NCBI GenBank assembly: GCA_050239825.1
Contig: JBFXGO010000026.1
Location: 1 to 33,264 of the forward strand
DNA: 33,264 nucleotides
Direction: 5' to 3'
DNA from: a bacterium
GTDB lineage: Bacteria > Hydrothermota > 32-111
Shown here: positions 30,713-33,264 of the stretch, piece after piece
How positions within the stretch are numbered: position 1 is the first letter of the stretch
Layout: every line of letters begins with the position of its first letter
Program-made: the position numbers and the translations under genes
The notes under the pieces: model-generated
What the model saw: the letters and a program-made list of their open reading frames with translations, nothing else
Told to the model about the DNA's origin: nothing
The model's database searches: none

Positions 30713-31138
30713 TTAGAATCCGATTTTCTTTTGCTTCTCTTCAGGTTCTTTAATCAATTGCCTTATTACCGAAAATACAGCTTTGAACTGATTGTCATAT
30801 TTTTTTTCCATATTCTCTATTTTCCTCAGTAAATCAGTATGTGATGATAATAGCAACCTAATTTTCACAAATGTTCTCATTATTTGTATATTCACACTAA
30901 TAGCTCTTTTGCTTCTCAATACACTTGAAAGCATTGCCACTCCTTGTTCGGTAAACGCATAGACTCTTGGTGCGTGTTTGATTTTCGAACTTGTCACAAT
31001 TTGTGATAAGTTCATAATCTCTTCTCTTGTTAATGAAAACATAAAATCATCGGGAAACCTCTCTATATTTCTCTTCACCGCTTGATTTAACACTCCTGTT
31101 TTTACTTTGTATAGTTCAGCCAAATCTCTATCAATCAT
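30713..31138 (-). CDS. ORF6N-domain DNA-binding protein; conserved N-terminus extends upstream without ATG
   Basis: DRDLAELY, NQAVKRNIERFPDDFMF, YAFTEQGVAMLSSVL, terminal KIGF. Confidence 0.88.
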   Translation of the reverse strand: MIDRDLAELYKVKTGVLNQAVKRNIERFPDDFMFSLTREEIMNLSQIVTSSKIKHAPRVYAFTEQGVAMLSSVLRSKRAISVNIQIMRTFVKIRLLLSSHTDLLRKIENMEKKYDNQFKAVFSVIRQLIKEPEEKQKKIGF

Positions 31139-31234
31139 AACCCTCTGATGTCTTATTAAATATATTTTATTTTCAATCAGACTTGAACCGATTTCTGCCC
31201 TCTTCGCCTCCTGATTTTCTTTCCATCAATTCAA

Positions 31235-31264
31235 AATTGTCAAGAGGTCTTGCACCGTACCCCC
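31235..31264. repeat. 30-bp direct repeat, copy 1
   Basis: AATTGTCAAGAGGTCTTGCACCGTACCCCC, identical to 32440-32469. Confidence 0.92.
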
Positions 31265-31267
31265 TAG

Positions 31268-31690
31268 TCAATCAGAAAATATTTTTTTTATCTCCTCAAC
31301 ACTTACAACAATATGTTTGATAAAAAGAACTGCCACAGTCAGACCTGATGCAACAAAAACACTTAAAACTGCATATAACAGAGGAGTCATGTCTGAATGT
31401 TCACTGTTGCCAAGTTCTCCTCCGATAAGCCCAAGTGTAAATACAGTTGTTCCTATGAGCGTCACAAAAGCTCCTATTTTCAGAGTTTCGCCTACTAAAA
31501 AATTAGTTGCTACAATGCATACTTTAAGAATCCTTCCTAATGTCTTATCTTTAATTGGCATATCTTTATTTTGTTCAGCTTCAGTTTTTAAACTCCTTTC
31601 GTTATCTATGCCTTCACCGAATACTTTCAGAGGATTGATTGATGCAACAATAATAACCATGAATAAAACTATCAGTATTTTAGTATCCAA
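31268..31690 (-). CDS. Hypothetical membrane protein
   Basis: TTG start overlapping upstream gene; N-terminal hydrophobic segment plus C-terminal TM helices. Confidence 0.6.
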   Translation of the reverse strand: MDTKILIVLFMVIIVASINPLKVFGEGIDNERSLKTEAEQNKDMPIKDKTLGRILKVCIVATNFLVGETLKIGAFVTLIGTTVFTLGLIGGELGNSEHSDMTPLLYAVLSVFVASGLTVAVLFIKHIVVSVEEIKKIFSD

Positions 31691-32318
31691 TATAGTATTC
31701 CCATAAACTTTGAATTAATTCTTCAAAAAGCATTGAAATCAAATCAAAAGAATAAAATAGTGCTATAGCAACTGGAGCCGGTACAGCAATTAACAATATG
31801 GTTTCAACCAGCTGAAAGTCGGTATTATTTATAAACGACATCGCAGCTATAACAGGAATACTCAGTATCGGAACAGCGAGCAAACACCCTAGACAGAGCA
31901 ATCCCGTGTCTGCAATTTTTAAATACGGAGGATAGTATCTTCTATTAAGGCGCTTAAGATAATATTTCCAAAGACCTTCTCCTTTTCCAAATACCGCACT
32001 CAACTTTTTATTTCTTTCTTCAATGTATATTTTGTTCTGATATTGGTCCATCCTGAAAAATCCTTCAATTGTATATTCATTATCATCTTCAAAAACAAAA
32101 TCATCAACAGAATCTGTCTTTTGCCTGTCTATGAACAGACTATCATAGTCAGTCAGAGCTCTCCTCAAAGTTTTTATTCTGCTTCCTTTAAAAACAAACG
32201 TTTCTTTTATCAGGCTGTCGTCGTTTGTTTCAAAAATGTACTTTATATCCTTATGTGCGCCATGTATATTTGCCGTCATTATCAACAAGGCAGTAAAAAA
32301 AATGAAGAAATTCTTCAT
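31680..32318 (-). CDS. Hypothetical membrane protein
   Basis: Signal peptide MKNFFIFFTALLIMTANIHG; two C-terminal TM helices; AT-rich. Confidence 0.65.
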   Translation of the reverse strand: MKNFFIFFTALLIMTANIHGAHKDIKYIFETNDDSLIKETFVFKGSRIKTLRRALTDYDSLFIDRQKTDSVDDFVFEDDNEYTIEGFFRMDQYQNKIYIEERNKKLSAVFGKGEGLWKYYLKRLNRRYYPPYLKIADTGLLCLGCLLAVPILSIPVIAAMSFINNTDFQLVETILLIAVPAPVAIALFYSFDLISMLFEELIQSLWEYYIGY

Positions 32319-32439
32319 ATGTATGATATTGGTTCTAAAAAATTTATGGTTCTTCGTCTAATCAATTACTCCTCCGACTTTAAATCTATACCTTTTTATA
32401 ATTATATCCCGACACAATTTAAAATCAATAGTGTAATTG

Positions 32440-32469
32440 AATTGTCAAGAGGTCTTGCACCGTACCCCC
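32440..32469. repeat. 30-bp direct repeat, copy 2
   Basis: Identical to 31235-31264; C-run extends to 32473. Confidence 0.92.
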
Positions 32470-32473
32470 CCCC

Positions 32474-32565
32474 GTTCTGTGTGAACCTTCCTGTCCCTCA
32501 AATGTGCACTTGTTTTTTATCAACACCTTGTCTATTTCCCTCCACCCGAGAGATTTCAGCTTCAT
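32474..32565 (-). pseudogene. hicA: Truncated HicA toxin (first 30 codons)
   Basis: ATG 2 nt after hicB stop; MKLKSLGWREIDKVLIKNKCTFEGQEGSHR with GSH motif, then runs into the repeat. Confidence 0.75.
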
Positions 32566-32567
32566 AT

Positions 32568-32885
32568 TCAGGAAAATGTGGGTATTGGAATATTATTCCT
32601 TTCAATTATATTCATTGATTTTTTTGTCGATTTTCTCACTGGCGGTTCAATGGTGAGTTTCGCCGGATTAATCTTCCATCCCTGTTTTAGCAAATCCTGT
32701 TCCAATGTTCCGTGCTTTATTGTCTCACTGAAATATATTTTTATTGCTTCTTTAAAATTCCTTTTTGCCGATTGTAAAGTATCTCCGCAAGTAGAAATAT
32801 CAAGAGCATTTGTATGAGCTATGAACATTTCATCCTCTTTAAAAATTATAACAGGTATAGTTCCAACAATTTTTATTTTAACCAT
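32568..32885 (-). CDS. hicB: HicB-like antitoxin
   Basis: IFKEDEMFIAH..LDISTCGDTLQSAKRNFKEAI; SD AGGAGG. Confidence 0.8.
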   Translation of the reverse strand: MVKIKIVGTIPVIIFKEDEMFIAHTNALDISTCGDTLQSAKRNFKEAIKIYFSETIKHGTLEQDLLKQGWKINPAKLTIEPPVRKSTKKSMNIIERNNIPIPTFS

Positions 32886-32902
32886 TTTTGCCTCCTAGTA
32901 AA

Positions 32903-32931
32903 AATATACATCTTAATTCGTGAATTGTCAA
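32903..32931 (-). promoter_or_regulatory. Promoter of hicB-hicA
   Basis: TTGACA-N17-TATATT. Confidence 0.68.
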
Positions 32932-33264
32932 CATAAACGACCTGTTTTGCCGCTCTTAGTCAGAATGGTGATTTTTGCAACCACCGACCCTAAAAATTGT
33001 CGTCCTGACGTTTTTTCTCATAACCCGCAACTCGTAACTTTCTTTTTTTGGACTCGTGATATTTTTTTTGCTTGAATTTACAAATTTACATGCACCGTCC
33101 CCGCCCACTTAATCGCGGCCAATTCGGCCAATTAACAGCCAATTATTTCAAAGTATAAAATGCACCTCTGCCTTTGGTGGCTGGCGGGTTAAAAAATCCT
33201 TTTTCAACCAGTTCTCCTTTTATATCCTTCTTTTATATTCTCTGACTCCATGCATTCTTTCTTG

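Noticed and set aside
32490..32498. CCTGTCCCT as another junction motif
   Set aside because: It lies inside hicA codons (GAG GGA CAG) and is probably coincidental
31317..32817. Plus-strand ORFs 31317-31706, 32043-32618 and 32578-32817
   Set aside because: Antisense to better-supported minus-strand genes; one crosses a cassette junction
25760..33105. Classical integron attC sites
   Set aside because: No convincing RYYYAAC...GTTRRRY box pairs seen on either strand and no intI in the window; judged by eye only

Overview
Bacterial chromosome segment with two parts. The C-terminal sorting-type domain on the first protein and a Cys-rich TrpRS suggest an anaerobe of the FCB/WOR-3-like lineages (inference only). 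Bases 1-25,300 are mostly housekeeping: a secreted lamin-tail-domain protein, ftsY, smc, neuC, an RlmI-type methyltransferase, an M23 peptidase, trpS, several membrane/lipoproteins, an IS3-family scar, a GAF protein, tRNA-Val(TAC), a glycosyltransferase-like gene, a septum initiator, eno, gatB/A/C, pcrA and an NAD-dependent epimerase. Bases 25,300-33,264 are accessory. They hold a ~1.8 kb non-coding array of several palindromic modules in shuffled order, degenerate heptamer tracts, and a stack of small, mostly self-promoted gene units (Phd/RelE, Fic, RHH/PIN, ORF6N, two membrane proteins, HicB plus truncated HicA). The units are separated by a recurring CACCGT(A/C)CCC / TGTCCCC motif, one copy of which interrupts hicA. 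No integrase, attC, cas or intact transposase gene is visible. The best candidate for an undescribed system is an integron-like cassette array built on REP-like junctions by an enzyme encoded elsewhere.
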